Of a DNA stretch of 64,000 nt, positions 39,775-49,619 are shown piece by piece. The first letter of the stretch is position 1; each line of letters begins with the position of its first letter. This DNA is from a virus (taxonomy: Duplodnaviria > Heunggongvirae > Uroviricota > Caudoviricetes). Location: the IMG/VR virus record IMGVR_UViG_3300047160_005224, positions 32,403 through 96,402 of that record; one strand, written 5' to 3'. Position numbers and translations under genes: made by a program. Below the pieces are notes generated by a model, which saw nothing but the letters and a program-made list of their open reading frames with translations, was not told the origin of the DNA and made no database searches.

Positions 39775-41793
39775 ATGGCATTCCTTCCTAAACTGCTGAC
39801 TGGTGATTCAGTCGAACGTGAGATGCTCGAAGTTCAAAGAGGCATCTTGGATGCAACGCAAGCATCAGCTAAGGCAGCAGCTTACCAGAGCGAGCAGATG
39901 GGATATCAGAGCGAACTGTTGGACACGATGGTGTCAGCAATTCGCTCTCTGCAACGTGCTATCGTCAACGGAATGAAGGTTGGTAATGCTCTAGGTGCTG
40001 CACCAAAAGCAGTCCAACAGCGCTCACGTACAACAGATGAGCCAGAACAACTGACGCGCGTCAAGACCTCTGACGGCAAGGTTGTCTATCGCAACTCACA
40101 GGGACAGTTCGCTTCTAAGTCAGCAGCTGAACAGAAGGAACGAGACGCCAAGATCATTGACATCTTCTCTGGTGTCGAGCTAGCAGTTTCCTACATGAAT
40201 GAGTTGATATCAGAACAGACAGCCATGTTGGACACGCTGGTTCGTTCTAATCGATCTGTGAGTGGCTTCCTCAAGTCATTTGTCCGTCGTGTGACTGAAG
40301 ACAAGAAGTCTGCTGATGCTGCAAAGCAACATGATGATCTCGAGCAAGAAAACGAGAAGGCAAACGAGCGTAACAAGAAGCCGAGAGAGAACCTGACTGA
40401 TCGTCGATCAAAGAAGTTCTCTAGTTGGGAAGCAATCCTTGATGGCTTCGCTACAATCCTGAAGGGTCTACTCATTCCATTGTTGATAGGGTTTGGTGAT
40501 GGCTTGGACAAATCACTGGGTTGGATTGGCAAGGTGACTGATGGCTTCAAAACCTTGTGTGGGTGGGTCGGTGATGCAGTCACTGGACTCAACAAGTGGT
40601 TCAATGGTGATGAGCATAACCCTGGCATCTTCAACAAATGGTTGGACCATGTCCACGATGTGTTTGGCGCTCTTGCTGACTTCGATCCACGTGATGTGAT
40701 CAAGAAGATCCTAACTGCTCTCCCAGAATCAGTCAAGGATGTTATCCCTGACTCACTGCTTGAATATGCTCGAATGGGCAAGTATGCGTTGAAGCCAGAG
40801 ACACAGCAGGAAACAATCTCACGCAAGAACAGAGAGAATGTTGTTGGTGTTGCTTACGAACAGAAGTTCGATGTTGACCAACAGAAGAAGTGGAATGAGA
40901 TCGGTGAGAAGATCAAGAAGCAGGGATATGCTAGTGCAGAGGATCGCGAAGCACTGAGCAAAATCATTGGCGATAGCCGAGGCTTCCTCGGTCGCACATT
41001 TGGTTCTGATGAGGATCAAGATCGCTACATCAACTCCTACACGCAGCAGATGTCCATGCGTGGCAAAATTCAACAGCAGAGAGACACTCAGGCAGCAAAT
41101 GCTACACTTGCTTCTGGTGGTCCTACCGGCAACATCGACACTGATGCTCTCTGGTCCAAGTTGGCTCCTGTGATTGCGAAGGGAGAGTCTGGCGCTGGTG
41201 GATACGAAGCGCACAATGGTCCACCAATCCCTGGTCTGACTGAGATGACTCTTGATGCTGTATCAAAACTCAAGGGAGCAGTAGGCAAGTATCAGTTCCT
41301 GCCACAAACAACACTCATTGATGCTGCTCGTTGGGCAGGACTGAAGATGAGCGACAAGTTCTCTCCAGAGAACCAAGAGAAGATGGGTCGTGCTCTGTTT
41401 GATCGTCGTGTGCGCATCGGAATGAAGGATGGCACTTCTGGAATTCAGAAGCAGCTGGCTCTTGAATGGGCATCCTTGCCGAAAGATACAACTGGCATGG
41501 GAGCATGGGATGGTTATGCTGGTAACAAGGCAGCAGGTGGAGCTGAGCGCGGTTCCTTCATCGCATCTGCCATCAATTCCAGTCAGAATGTTCCAGCACC
41601 ATCGATGGCTCCTGCTAAGCAGAACGATGCTGGTGCTAAGCTATCTGAGATGGCTGTTGCACAGAAGCAACCACCAGTTGTCGCTCCAGCCCAAGTTGTT
41701 GCTCCGACAGTGAACAACATCAAGAACAGTCAGACCATCAACCAGGCACCACTATCGGCAACAACGCCAGCGGAGTTCTCTCCGCACGTGTAA
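39775..41793 (+). CDS. Tape-measure/gp29-like hub protein with a lambda-lysozyme-like muralytic domain
   Basis: Helical N-terminal region; GES, AVGKYQF, FSPENQE and EWASLP motifs; follows gp26/gp51. Confidence 0.7.
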   Translation: MAFLPKLLTGDSVEREMLEVQRGILDATQASAKAAAYQSEQMGYQSELLDTMVSAIRSLQRAIVNGMKVGNALGAAPKAVQQRSRTTDEPEQLTRVKTSDGKVVYRNSQGQFASKSAAEQKERDAKIIDIFSGVELAVSYMNELISEQTAMLDTLVRSNRSVSGFLKSFVRRVTEDKKSADAAKQHDDLEQENEKANERNKKPRENLTDRRSKKFSSWEAILDGFATILKGLLIPLLIGFGDGLDKSLGWIGKVTDGFKTLCGWVGDAVTGLNKWFNGDEHNPGIFNKWLDHVHDVFGALADFDPRDVIKKILTALPESVKDVIPDSLLEYARMGKYALKPETQQETISRKNRENVVGVAYEQKFDVDQQKKWNEIGEKIKKQGYASAEDREALSKIIGDSRGFLGRTFGSDEDQDRYINSYTQQMSMRGKIQQQRDTQAANATLASGGPTGNIDTDALWSKLAPVIAKGESGAGGYEAHNGPPIPGLTEMTLDAVSKLKGAVGKYQFLPQTTLIDAARWAGLKMSDKFSPENQEKMGRALFDRRVRIGMKDGTSGIQKQLALEWASLPKDTTGMGAWDGYAGNKAAGGAERGSFIASAINSSQNVPAPSMAPAKQNDAGAKLSEMAVAQKQPPVVAPAQVVAPTVNNIKNSQTINQAPLSATTPAEFSPHV

Positions 41794-41794
41794 T

Positions 41795-41824
41795 GAAAAG
41801 AGGGAGAGCATTGCGCTCTCCCTC
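41795..41824 (-). terminator. Intrinsic terminator between convergent genes
   Basis: gagggagagc/gctctccctc 10-bp stem with TTTT on the minus strand. Confidence 0.8.
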
Positions 41825-41852
41825 AACATTCAACTAGACAATGGGTTCTCTT

Positions 41853-42824
41853 TTACTTCCCCAAGTCGGCGAACCACTGATCCAGGTCTTCTTCGCCACT
41901 CTTTGTGGCAGAAGCACTCTTATTGTCAGACCACGGCAAACCATCATCACCATCGACAGCGGGAGCGTCCTGCTGCTCAGCAACACGCGGAGTGTTGCGC
42001 GGACGATACTCAGCAGGAGCATCATGCGTCAGAGACTCAGCATTACGAGTCACCTGACGAGAAGAGCCACCAGCTTCACCTAGGACTTCCTTGAGGCGAG
42101 TCTCGAGTTCAGCATAGCTCTTGAACTGATCAGGAGCGATCAGACCAGCCAGAGAATGCTCTGCCTGCCAGACCTTGTCCAGTTCATCATCGTCATCGCT
42201 CAGCGGAGCAGGCGAATCAAAGTGACTGTTGTCATAGTTCTTGAAACCAGCAACCTGACGAATCTTCAGCTTGAAGTTTGCGCCTTCCCACAGGTCGAAC
42301 GGATTGAATCCTTCTTCGCCAGCGATTTCCGGATACATCACCGCTTGGACTTTGTCCCAAATCTTTTTGCCGTACTTGAAACGGAAAACCTTTCCTTCGT
42401 TTTCCGGATTGGCTGCATCCTTCACCACATAGATGTTGGACACGAAACCAAGACGACGCTTCTGAGCACGAGCTTGCTTACGTGCCGGAGCCTCATCATC
42501 TTCGGTGCTGTTCCACAGCGTGGAATTGAGTTCACCGACCGGATCCTTCTGGCCAAGAGTGGTCAACGAGTTCTCGATGTACCACTTACCAGTCGGTCCC
42601 TTGAAACCGTGTGTGAACAGACGCACGAAGGTCGAATCTTCGCCTGGAGGAGCAGGAAGGAAACGGATGATTGCATATCCATTACCAGCCTTGTCAAGAC
42701 CAGGAGACCAATAGGTCGCATCATCGCTGGAGCCACCCTTCTGCGAGACCTTCTCGATCTCCTTCTGGATGCGCTCAAAATCCGACTTGCGCTGCTTCTT
42801 GAGTTCAGAAAAACTAACTGCCAT
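41853..42824 (-). CDS. gp32: Single-stranded DNA-binding protein
   Basis: GNGYAIIRFLP, GKWYIENSLTTLG, GKVFRFKYGKKI, FDLWEGANFKLKI, NYD.S.F; acidic tail. Confidence 0.97.
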   Translation of the reverse strand: MAVSFSELKKQRKSDFERIQKEIEKVSQKGGSSDDATYWSPGLDKAGNGYAIIRFLPAPPGEDSTFVRLFTHGFKGPTGKWYIENSLTTLGQKDPVGELNSTLWNSTEDDEAPARKQARAQKRRLGFVSNIYVVKDAANPENEGKVFRFKYGKKIWDKVQAVMYPEIAGEEGFNPFDLWEGANFKLKIRQVAGFKNYDNSHFDSPAPLSDDDDELDKVWQAEHSLAGLIAPDQFKSYAELETRLKEVLGEAGGSSRQVTRNAESLTHDAPAEYRPRNTPRVAEQQDAPAVDGDDGLPWSDNKSASATKSGEEDLDQWFADLGK

Positions 42825-42958
42825 ATGTGTATTCCTTGTATGTGTTGTATGTTGTCTTATTCACATGGCGTGTGTTGCCAAATCATGATGTAAGTGTAAC
42901 TATGCGCTGTATGTTCAACGCTCTAGCACATCTAGATATGTGCTGTTAAACAGCAGTC

Positions 42959-43579
42959 TCACGACTGGAGATCAACGAACTTCCCTAACGTTGTACGAAA
43001 CGTGTCGCGGTTGAATTCGAGGAATGGTCTGTACTTCTGGATGGTGGCACGTGTCTCAGCCCACAAGACGGGGTCTGCGATTGTCTCAGTCCAGTATGGT
43101 ACAAAATTGACAATGTCCGAAATGATGGTGATGCTTTCAAGAGACACCTCACCACGCAGGTGCTTGGAGAGGAGAAGTGGATGTTGATGATCTGGGACAT
43201 AGAGCAGATCATCAATCGTCTTACCATCAAAGACCTTCATCTCTTGATTGAAGATGTAGCTGAGTGACTCCTGCTTGCGGAGCCAATCCTTGTAGTTCCG
43301 ATCAGCTTCCGGATCATCAACATCACCGACCCAGAAGTTTTTGTTCAGAACAAAGTTGGCTACCAGTATGCCCGCAGGATCCTTGTGCTTCGCGAGTTTA
43401 ACAAACTTGTACTTGTCGCGACGAGTGTTGAAGCTATCCTCAGACGCTGACACCTTACCATTGTACTTGAAGATATCGTAAGAAGCACTACCAAAGTGGA
43501 GCTTCATTCCGAGATACATCTTGTACAATTGATAAGGAGTGTACTTTCCTTCAGTTTGAAGCGATACTGGCAACCTCAT
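42959..43579 (-). CDS. gp59: Helicase loader
   Basis: YL.MKLHF...YD..KY.GK, RRDKY.F, ISLE, KY.PFL. Confidence 0.88.
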   Translation of the reverse strand: MRLPVSLQTEGKYTPYQLYKMYLGMKLHFGSASYDIFKYNGKVSASEDSFNTRRDKYKFVKLAKHKDPAGILVANFVLNKNFWVGDVDDPEADRNYKDWLRKQESLSYIFNQEMKVFDGKTIDDLLYVPDHQHPLLLSKHLRGEVSLESITIISDIVNFVPYWTETIADPVLWAETRATIQKYRPFLEFNRDTFRTTLGKFVDLQS

Positions 43580-43627
43580 GCTATAAGCTACCTCATTACA
43601 AAACTTTAAGCCATTATGATACCTCTA

Positions 43628-43810
43628 TCAGTCCCCAAAGGGTTCCCTGATAGAACTGATTGAGTGGCTCTCGCACAAATCACAGATGAACGATAGGACG
43701 AAGATGTCCCGATCGCTGAGTCTCTCGACATAGTACACTGGTGCGTTCACCCCTGAAACGTCACGAACCTGCTTACAATGATCACAAAACACGGTTCTTT
43801 CAGAGTGCAT
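43628..43810 (-). CDS. Small zinc-ribbon-like protein
   Basis: CDHC...CDLC; AGGAG RBS. Confidence 0.55.
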   Translation of the reverse strand: MHSERTVFCDHCKQVRDVSGVNAPVYYVERLSDRDIFVLSFICDLCESHSISSIREPFGD

Positions 43811-43852
43811 GTTTGAAACTCCTGGTGGGTTGACACCAAGAGTATGTATGGC

Positions 43853-44599
43853 TCAATGTTCCTTGTTCATTTCCTGACGGATCTTGGTAGCACTGATGGC
43901 TTGAATCTCAGGCGGCAGCTCGATCTGTTCGACATTGTATCCGACATCACGACCATAGTATACACCACCAACATTCAGACAAGGGATGACTTGTACACGA
44001 CCCCGATAGTCAATCATCTTTGTGAGGATGCGAGACTGCACTTCTGTGAAACTGAATGGGTTCTTGTCGGAACGAGGAACAGTCCGCACCAGGATGGCCA
44101 ATACTGGATGCTTTTGTAGCACACGTTCAGCCAAGGCGCGGTGGCCATCATGGAATGGCTGATATCTGCCGATCATAACGCCAGTCGGCAGTTCGCGATA
44201 CATGCGCCGGACCCATTCATTCACATCGAACTCATCCCACTCCTGATTGGTAATGGTCGCATCAGGATTGGTTGGTGGCTGATAGAGCCGATTGGTGTCC
44301 TCGAATCGGCTCTCCTTGATGGTGTCCATGTAGAACGTGTAGTGCGGATCGTAGATGGCCCTTAGCTCATCAGTCGGAGCAACAAAGTCAGCTATCGTAA
44401 CGTTCTTGTGATTGAGATCAGCAAGACGACGCATGCGTTCTGCTTGACGGATCCGTCCTTCTATGTTGAAGTCCCAATCGTTGTGCTCGGTGCGCAGAGC
44501 ATCAGCATTGAGCAAACGAGAGTCCGGGATTTGATCATTCAGCATCTTGGAAAGATACGACTTGCCGGAACCCGGAAGACCAGTTACGAGAATGCGCAT
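43853..44599 (-). CDS. P-loop kinase (APS-kinase-like) fused to a HIGH-motif nucleotidyltransferase
   Basis: GLPGSGKS, D.LR, EGR.RQA.RM; GRYQPFHDGH and YGRDVGY. Confidence 0.75.
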   Translation of the reverse strand: MRILVTGLPGSGKSYLSKMLNDQIPDSRLLNADALRTEHNDWDFNIEGRIRQAERMRRLADLNHKNVTIADFVAPTDELRAIYDPHYTFYMDTIKESRFEDTNRLYQPPTNPDATITNQEWDEFDVNEWVRRMYRELPTGVMIGRYQPFHDGHRALAERVLQKHPVLAILVRTVPRSDKNPFSFTEVQSRILTKMIDYRGRVQVIPCLNVGGVYYGRDVGYNVEQIELPPEIQAISATKIRQEMNKEH

Positions 44600-44600
44600 A

Positions 44601-45389
44601 TCAAATCTCCCAAATCTTGTCGTCGACGAAAGTGTAAGCCATTGCTTGTGCACCGATGTAGCCACGTGGATTGGCCACAACAGGAATGCCCTTCAACTTT
44701 GAAGGCAGCACGTACTCCTGACGGATGTGGACGTGGCCATGAATCCATAGATCGATCGGCAAGTTCAGGATGCGATCCATGTTGGTGTTGCCATAAGCGT
44801 ACACCAAATCGCCGTCTGTGTATCCATTGACGAACGAAACATCAGGTAGATGGTGAGACACTACCACCGTCTTGCCATCAAATGGAGTCGACAACCATTT
44901 CTCAAACTCTCCACGATAGAATTGGTTGCGTGCATAGATGAAGTGTGGTGAGATTGGAACCTTTTTGTATCCTATCTCTCGTGCATAGATCTTGCGATAG
45001 TCATTCATGCTGTATCGCACGATGGCCATCGTTGCTTCATCAGCATCGTTGAAGTCAGTCCAGAGAGTTCCTCCGACGAACCTCACATTGTCGATGATGG
45101 CATAGTCGCCATCAAGGAAATGGAGGTTGGGAATCTCATCACCGAGACCGCGCAACTGTTCCAGAGCTTCAAGATAGAAGCTTCCGTAGAACTCATGGTT
45201 GCCGGCGACATAGATCACAGCCTTGAATTGATCACACAGCTTGCGCAGATCATCAATGCTGTCATAGCCAGTTGGAAGCACCATGAAATCGCCAGCAATG
45301 ACAAGAACAGTCTCCTTATCATCCTCGCGACCATGCCATTCAAGACGACCAAACTCTGTATGGACGTCAGACCAAATTCGTAATTTCAT
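44601..45389 (-). CDS. Calcineurin-like metallophosphoesterase
   Basis: SDVH, AGD, GNHEFY, HH.P, HGH.H. Confidence 0.9.
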   Translation of the reverse strand: MKLRIWSDVHTEFGRLEWHGREDDKETVLVIAGDFMVLPTGYDSIDDLRKLCDQFKAVIYVAGNHEFYGSFYLEALEQLRGLGDEIPNLHFLDGDYAIIDNVRFVGGTLWTDFNDADEATMAIVRYSMNDYRKIYAREIGYKKVPISPHFIYARNQFYRGEFEKWLSTPFDGKTVVVSHHLPDVSFVNGYTDGDLVYAYGNTNMDRILNLPIDLWIHGHVHIRQEYVLPSKLKGIPVVANPRGYIGAQAMAYTFVDDKIWEI

Positions 45390-45903
45390 TCTTCACCGTA
45401 GGAATTGATACCCACACAACGACAGCATGTCGAACACCAGATGTCACTGGTCGAACTTCATGCCACGCATCACTGTTGAAAGCGATAGCTGTACCAACAG
45501 AGGATACATGCGTGTGAGTGATATTGGCACTGAGCCCTTGCTCGTAGAATACGAGTTCGCCACCAGTATACCCTGAATCGAGTCCAATAGAAATAGACAC
45601 GACTCGCCGATATGGCAAGTTAGGGATGACATCTTGATGAGCTTTGTAAAAGAATCCAGTGCTGTATTTGAGGAACACTGTTTTGAACATTCGCGGCTCT
45701 GATAAGCCAAACGGAATAGCGAGGACATCATCGATGTAGGATTTGATGATGGGGTGAAGCCAATCAACAGCGACTTCGCCTTGCTCAACCAATCGAATGT
45801 TTGGTGCAAATCCACCAGTGACGTTTGCCAACTTGGAATGGCGCGGAGCTGCTATGAGCTCCGCGCACTGGTGTTGATTCAGAATCTGTCCTTCGTGGAT
45901 CAC
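45367..45903 (-). CDS. 2OG-Fe(II) oxygenase
   Basis: H.D (YKAHQD), Y.GGEL, HEV.PV..G.R...V.W. Confidence 0.85.
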   Translation of the reverse strand: MIHEGQILNQHQCAELIAAPRHSKLANVTGGFAPNIRLVEQGEVAVDWLHPIIKSYIDDVLAIPFGLSEPRMFKTVFLKYSTGFFYKAHQDVIPNLPYRRVVSISIGLDSGYTGGELVFYEQGLSANITHTHVSSVGTAIAFNSDAWHEVRPVTSGVRHAVVVWVSIPTVKNEITNLV

Positions 45904-47279
45904 ATACTATCCAGCGCAGCCTCGAACTGATCCTGGATCTGCTTCAGAGTGTCAGCCTTCTTCTTGTCGAGTCGCTGTTCGGCGAAGCGCGGAAGGAACA
46001 GGCTGTACTTGCCGTTGCGTTCGGGCATGATCGAGTTGGAGATCACCGAGACGACCGAACCCTTCCATCCCTTGTTGAAGTTCTTGGTGATCTCCTCGCG
46101 GAGTTCGTCCGGAAAGCCAGACACGTTCACTTCCAACTTGTGGTCTTCACTCTCGCATTCGAGCGAACCTACCATGCCTTCGAACTTGTTGCGGCCAGGC
46201 TTGAAGCCGATCACTCGCAGTTCGACTGCTACTTCCATCTTGAACTTGATCTGCCACTTGGAAGTCTTGTCTTCCCAGATAGCATTGCAATCCTTGAGGA
46301 CGGTTCCTTCTTCACCGCAAGCGAGAGCATGCAAGTAGTGTTCCTTGGCTTCTTCCATCGAGCGAACTGTTGCGGTCTCGATGATGGTAATGGTGGCTGC
46401 ACCAGTAACAGGGAACAGTGCACGCAGATGATCGAGCCGCTTGCTGTACGGAACGTGATATGCTCCACCAGAGACAGATTCATTCAGAGGAATGATGTCC
46501 CACACCTTGTAGATCACGCGGTGGTTGCTCGGAAGATCACCACCTTTGAGCAGGCGATTGAGCATGCCGTTCGATTCTTGTCTCGGCAGCGTTTCATTGC
46601 CATCCAGATGCGCACGCTGAACCAACAACTCGCCATGGAGCTGGACATCCCGACATTTCTTGGACAGGCGTCCAAGTTGTTCGGTGATGTCGGAGAACGC
46701 TTCGATCGGGAACGGAGAACCGTTGCGCGACATGATGGTCACATCACCATTCTCCTGCAGATCGATGTTGGCGAACATACCATCTGCCTTGATCTGGCTG
46801 TAGACGCCTTCCTTCCAGTGGAACTCCTTGATCTTGGATCCCTTGAGCAAGGAACACCGCATGTACGGCACGTCGGTGATCAGATCGCTCCAGATCGAGT
46901 TGATGCTGGAGGTGGAGATACCTGCCTTGACGTCTCGGTCGATCAGCATCTCCAGGAGCTCACGCTCCCAATCTTCCTGCATCGCCGACCATGTATCAGC
47001 CAGCCATTGCTTGGCGGCATTACCCGTGATAGCGCGCTCATGGAGCTGCGAGATCAGAGAAGACACCATGCCTGCGTGGAATTTGCCATTCCGCTTCACT
47101 CCTTTGGACGCAGCCTTCTTGTCGACTTTGCCCTGGTAGAAATTGATGCGCGGCTCATAGCACACACGCAGGAAATCCTTGAGCTGTTCGTTGCCGAAGT
47201 TCTTCTGCAGGATTGCCAGCTTGGCATTCTTGCCGGAAGCATTCCGGACGGCGATGATGGTGTCGTAGACTTTCTTCAT
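45900..47279 (-). CDS. gp30: ATP-dependent DNA ligase
   Basis: KADG motif I, HGEL, EGTVLK, W.K.K, SLFLPRF; start MKKVY. Confidence 0.93.
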   Translation of the reverse strand: MKKVYDTIIAVRNASGKNAKLAILQKNFGNEQLKDFLRVCYEPRINFYQGKVDKKAASKGVKRNGKFHAGMVSSLISQLHERAITGNAAKQWLADTWSAMQEDWERELLEMLIDRDVKAGISTSSINSIWSDLITDVPYMRCSLLKGSKIKEFHWKEGVYSQIKADGMFANIDLQENGDVTIMSRNGSPFPIEAFSDITEQLGRLSKKCRDVQLHGELLVQRAHLDGNETLPRQESNGMLNRLLKGGDLPSNHRVIYKVWDIIPLNESVSGGAYHVPYSKRLDHLRALFPVTGAATITIIETATVRSMEEAKEHYLHALACGEEGTVLKDCNAIWEDKTSKWQIKFKMEVAVELRVIGFKPGRNKFEGMVGSLECESEDHKLEVNVSGFPDELREEITKNFNKGWKGSVVSVISNSIMPERNGKYSLFLPRFAEQRLDKKKADTLKQIQDQFEAALDSM

Positions 47280-47281
47280 GA

Positions 47282-47497
47282 TCAGAGGCTTTGTTCGGGA
47301 TAGAGAGGAGTGAGACAATCGGCGGGAAGACCGGCGCAACCACACTTATGCGCCTGATTGCATTCGCCTTTGCCGTTGTGGTATCCCTCGTGGTGACCAC
47401 AGGGACACATCTTCGGTCCATTCTCGTAGCACCAGAATGGCACATACGGAGAGTTGTCGCTCGGACCGCGATTGGAATCGCTTACAGGACCTGGCAT
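47282..47497 (-). CDS. Small Cys/His-rich protein
   Basis: CPCGHHEGYH...C...C.C pattern. Confidence 0.5.
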   Translation of the reverse strand: MPGPVSDSNRGPSDNSPYVPFWCYENGPKMCPCGHHEGYHNGKGECNQAHKCGCAGLPADCLTPLYPEQSL

Positions 47498-47503
47498 TGT
47501 CGG

Positions 47504-47650
47504 TTACTCCTTGTTGATGATGCCAAAGAACGAGAACGCAGGGAAGATCCAAACGAATCCAGCGCCTGCCTTTGTGAAGATCTCGAGGAGAACACAAGCA
47601 ACCAAGCTGACGAGAAAGACACAGAGAGTTGCCAAACTAGAAGCGCTCAT
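47504..47650 (-). CDS. Small membrane protein (48 aa)
   Basis: Manual translation MSASSLATLCVFLVSLVACVLLEIFTKAGAGFVWIFPAFSFFGIINKE; AAGGA RBS. Confidence 0.55.
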   Translation of the reverse strand: MSASSLATLCVFLVSLVACVLLEIFTKAGAGFVWIFPAFSFFGIINKE

Positions 47651-47751
47651 GTTAATCCTTGTTGAATAGTCAGAGCGCTATTATCGCTTCGGGTCGCACC
47701 AAAGAGTGCTATGACGAATCCATTCTGGCGATGCGACCCATGACACGATCC

Positions 47752-48609
47752 TCAGCCGAAGAAACGTTCTCGGCAGATCGGGCCAATGCCCAGCTCCACC
47801 GATTCCTTGTTTGTCAACTCACGACCGCAGCAGGAGCAGATGCCGGACTTGGCACCAAACTTCACCGCAGCTTCGAGAGGGTTCTGGCACACTTCCAGGA
47901 GAGAATCGACGATCGCCTGCGGCGTCTTGAAGCCAAAGAACCTGCCGTTCGGATCGATCTTGCCGATGTACTCGCCATTGTCGTGGCTCTTGACGTACAG
48001 GAAGCCAGCATTCTTGCCGGCATCAGGAGCCAGGGAGAAATCGAATTGCTCCGTGCGCACGGTCGGACGCTTGTAGCCATTTCCGCGAGCGCGCTTGAAC
48101 ACTTCCAACATCTTCAGCGCACCAGAGCCGACTTCCGGACGCTTGGCGTCAGCTTCAGCCTTGGCTTCCTTGCCCTTGTCGATGGAGCGCTGGACAGCAG
48201 CGATCTGGTTCTCGGTGAGATAGCCACGATCGCAGAGCTGGTCGTACAGCGAGCGTGCGAACTCGTTGTTGCCGTTTTCTGCACGCCAGCCGATCCAGTC
48301 CCAGATCTCCTTGTGTTCTTCCTTGAAGAGGCGTTGACGATTCGCGAGATTGGCGGCAGCGGTCTTCGCTGCCTTGCGAGCACCCTTGACCCGATTGGCA
48401 CGATTCTGCGAGACCACGCCCTTGCCCAAGCACATGCGGCAATCGTACCAGCGCAGATTGACATAGCCGTACATTTTGCCATTGCGACCATGGCAGTCGG
48501 GGCACTCGATGGTCACGATGTCGCCACGAGGACGCGAAGCCTTGGTAGAAGCAGTGTCCAGATCGTCGAGATCGGAGAAATCCAGCGCGAGATTGTTCTG
48601 AGCGTTCAT
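47752..48609 (-). CDS. DUF6011-like zinc-binding protein
   Basis: N-terminal CPDC..C..C; C-terminal CSCCGRELT..ESVELGIGPIC. Confidence 0.7.
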   Translation of the reverse strand: MNAQNNLALDFSDLDDLDTASTKASRPRGDIVTIECPDCHGRNGKMYGYVNLRWYDCRMCLGKGVVSQNRANRVKGARKAAKTAAANLANRQRLFKEEHKEIWDWIGWRAENGNNEFARSLYDQLCDRGYLTENQIAAVQRSIDKGKEAKAEADAKRPEVGSGALKMLEVFKRARGNGYKRPTVRTEQFDFSLAPDAGKNAGFLYVKSHDNGEYIGKIDPNGRFFGFKTPQAIVDSLLEVCQNPLEAAVKFGAKSGICSCCGRELTNKESVELGIGPICRERFFG

Positions 48610-48812
48610 GCCGCTTGCTCCGGATAGGTGCGGATCAGGATGAACCCACCGCGCGCTTCAGCGTAGAAACGGCGGTCCTTGTACGTCTCGAACAGATCGT
48701 TGAGGTGCTTTTCGAACAACTCGGGATGCTCCTTGCACCACCCCAAGTTGAACTCGACTTCGATCTCGGCGTTGATCACCTGATCGCCGATGGTGAAGGT
48801 CGCGGGGAGCAT
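48606..48812 (-). CDS. Hypothetical early protein
   Basis: Coupled ORF in the GC-rich cluster. Confidence 0.6.
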   Translation of the reverse strand: MLPATFTIGDQVINAEIEVEFNLGWCKEHPELFEKHLNDLFETYKDRRFYAEARGGFILIRTYPEQAA

Positions 48813-48813
48813 A

Positions 48814-49119
48814 TCACATGCTCCAGTAGGTTTCCGTGCTCGGATCGCAGCACGGCGGAGTGTTGATGTCGATCACGATTTCCTTGCCGGTCATGAGATT
48901 CCTGACCGTCTTCGTCGTTCGAACGGACTCGTCGTACTCGGCGAGCGAGATGACGTTGTAGTCCTTGGCGACGAACTTGTTCCAGCGTTCCGTGGCAGCG
49001 CGAGACGCGCGCTTGGCATCACGCTTGATCATGGCGGTCTTGCCGATGTTGGCGCCGCGTTCCGTGGTGTACGTCTTTACGATCAGGCTGGTGTTCTTGT
49101 CGTAGACAACGAATGACAT
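48814..49119 (-). CDS. Conserved phage protein with TP.CC.P.TETYWSM end
   Basis: C-terminal motif recurrent in phage early genes; AGGA RBS. Confidence 0.7.
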   Translation of the reverse strand: MSFVVYDKNTSLIVKTYTTERGANIGKTAMIKRDAKRASRAATERWNKFVAKDYNVISLAEYDESVRTTKTVRNLMTGKEIVIDINTPPCCDPSTETYWSM

Positions 49120-49134
49120 GGTCTGGTCCTCGGG

Positions 49135-49329
49135 CTATGAACGATTGTAGCGGAGATTGAGTTCTTCCTTCGCTTCATACAACTCGTTGCGAAGAAAGGC
49201 TGCGCGGCGAGAAAACTGATTCGCGAATGGCGAACCTTGGAGGAGAGCGAGTCGGCGCGAGAGTTCACGAACGTGCACGCGCAGCCCCAGATCGCTCTTG
49301 TTCAGGAACTTTTGGTTGTTGCGGCTCAT
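49135..49329 (-). CDS. Hypothetical early protein
   Basis: AGGAG RBS; co-oriented. Confidence 0.6.
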   Translation of the reverse strand: MSRNNQKFLNKSDLGLRVHVRELSRRLALLQGSPFANQFSRRAAFLRNELYEAKEELNLRYNRS

Positions 49330-49341
49330 GATCGGCTCCTG

Positions 49342-49569
49342 TTAGATGAACCCAAGAGCTTCGACCGTCTCGGACTTCGAGAGCGAGTCACAGAAATTCT
49401 CAAAACGGACTTCTGCCGCCGATGAGAAAAACTTGAACTGCGTCCTCTGGATCGTCCCGGCGATGCTGGGCTTCCGGGAAACCTTGGCGATCTGGTAACC
49501 GTCTTCGACAAGGAAAGCGGACACCTTACCGTTCTTGGCTGTCTTAAGACCGGAGATCTTGTATTCCAT
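49342..49569 (-). CDS. Hypothetical early protein (first gene after the promoter)
   Basis: AGGA RBS; directly downstream of the sigma70-like promoter. Confidence 0.65.
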   Translation of the reverse strand: MEYKISGLKTAKNGKVSAFLVEDGYQIAKVSRKPSIAGTIQRTQFKFFSSAAEVRFENFCDSLSKSETVEALGFI

Positions 49570-49619
49570 GGCGGCGGTTCCTAGTTCGGTAGTTTGGCGG
49601 GCTTCCCGCCGACAACAAT

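Noticed and set aside
47691-47739. 8-bp inverted repeat gggtcgca/tgcgaccc at the edge of the GC-rich cluster
   Set aside because: Large loop, no U-tract and no second copy; function cannot be supported
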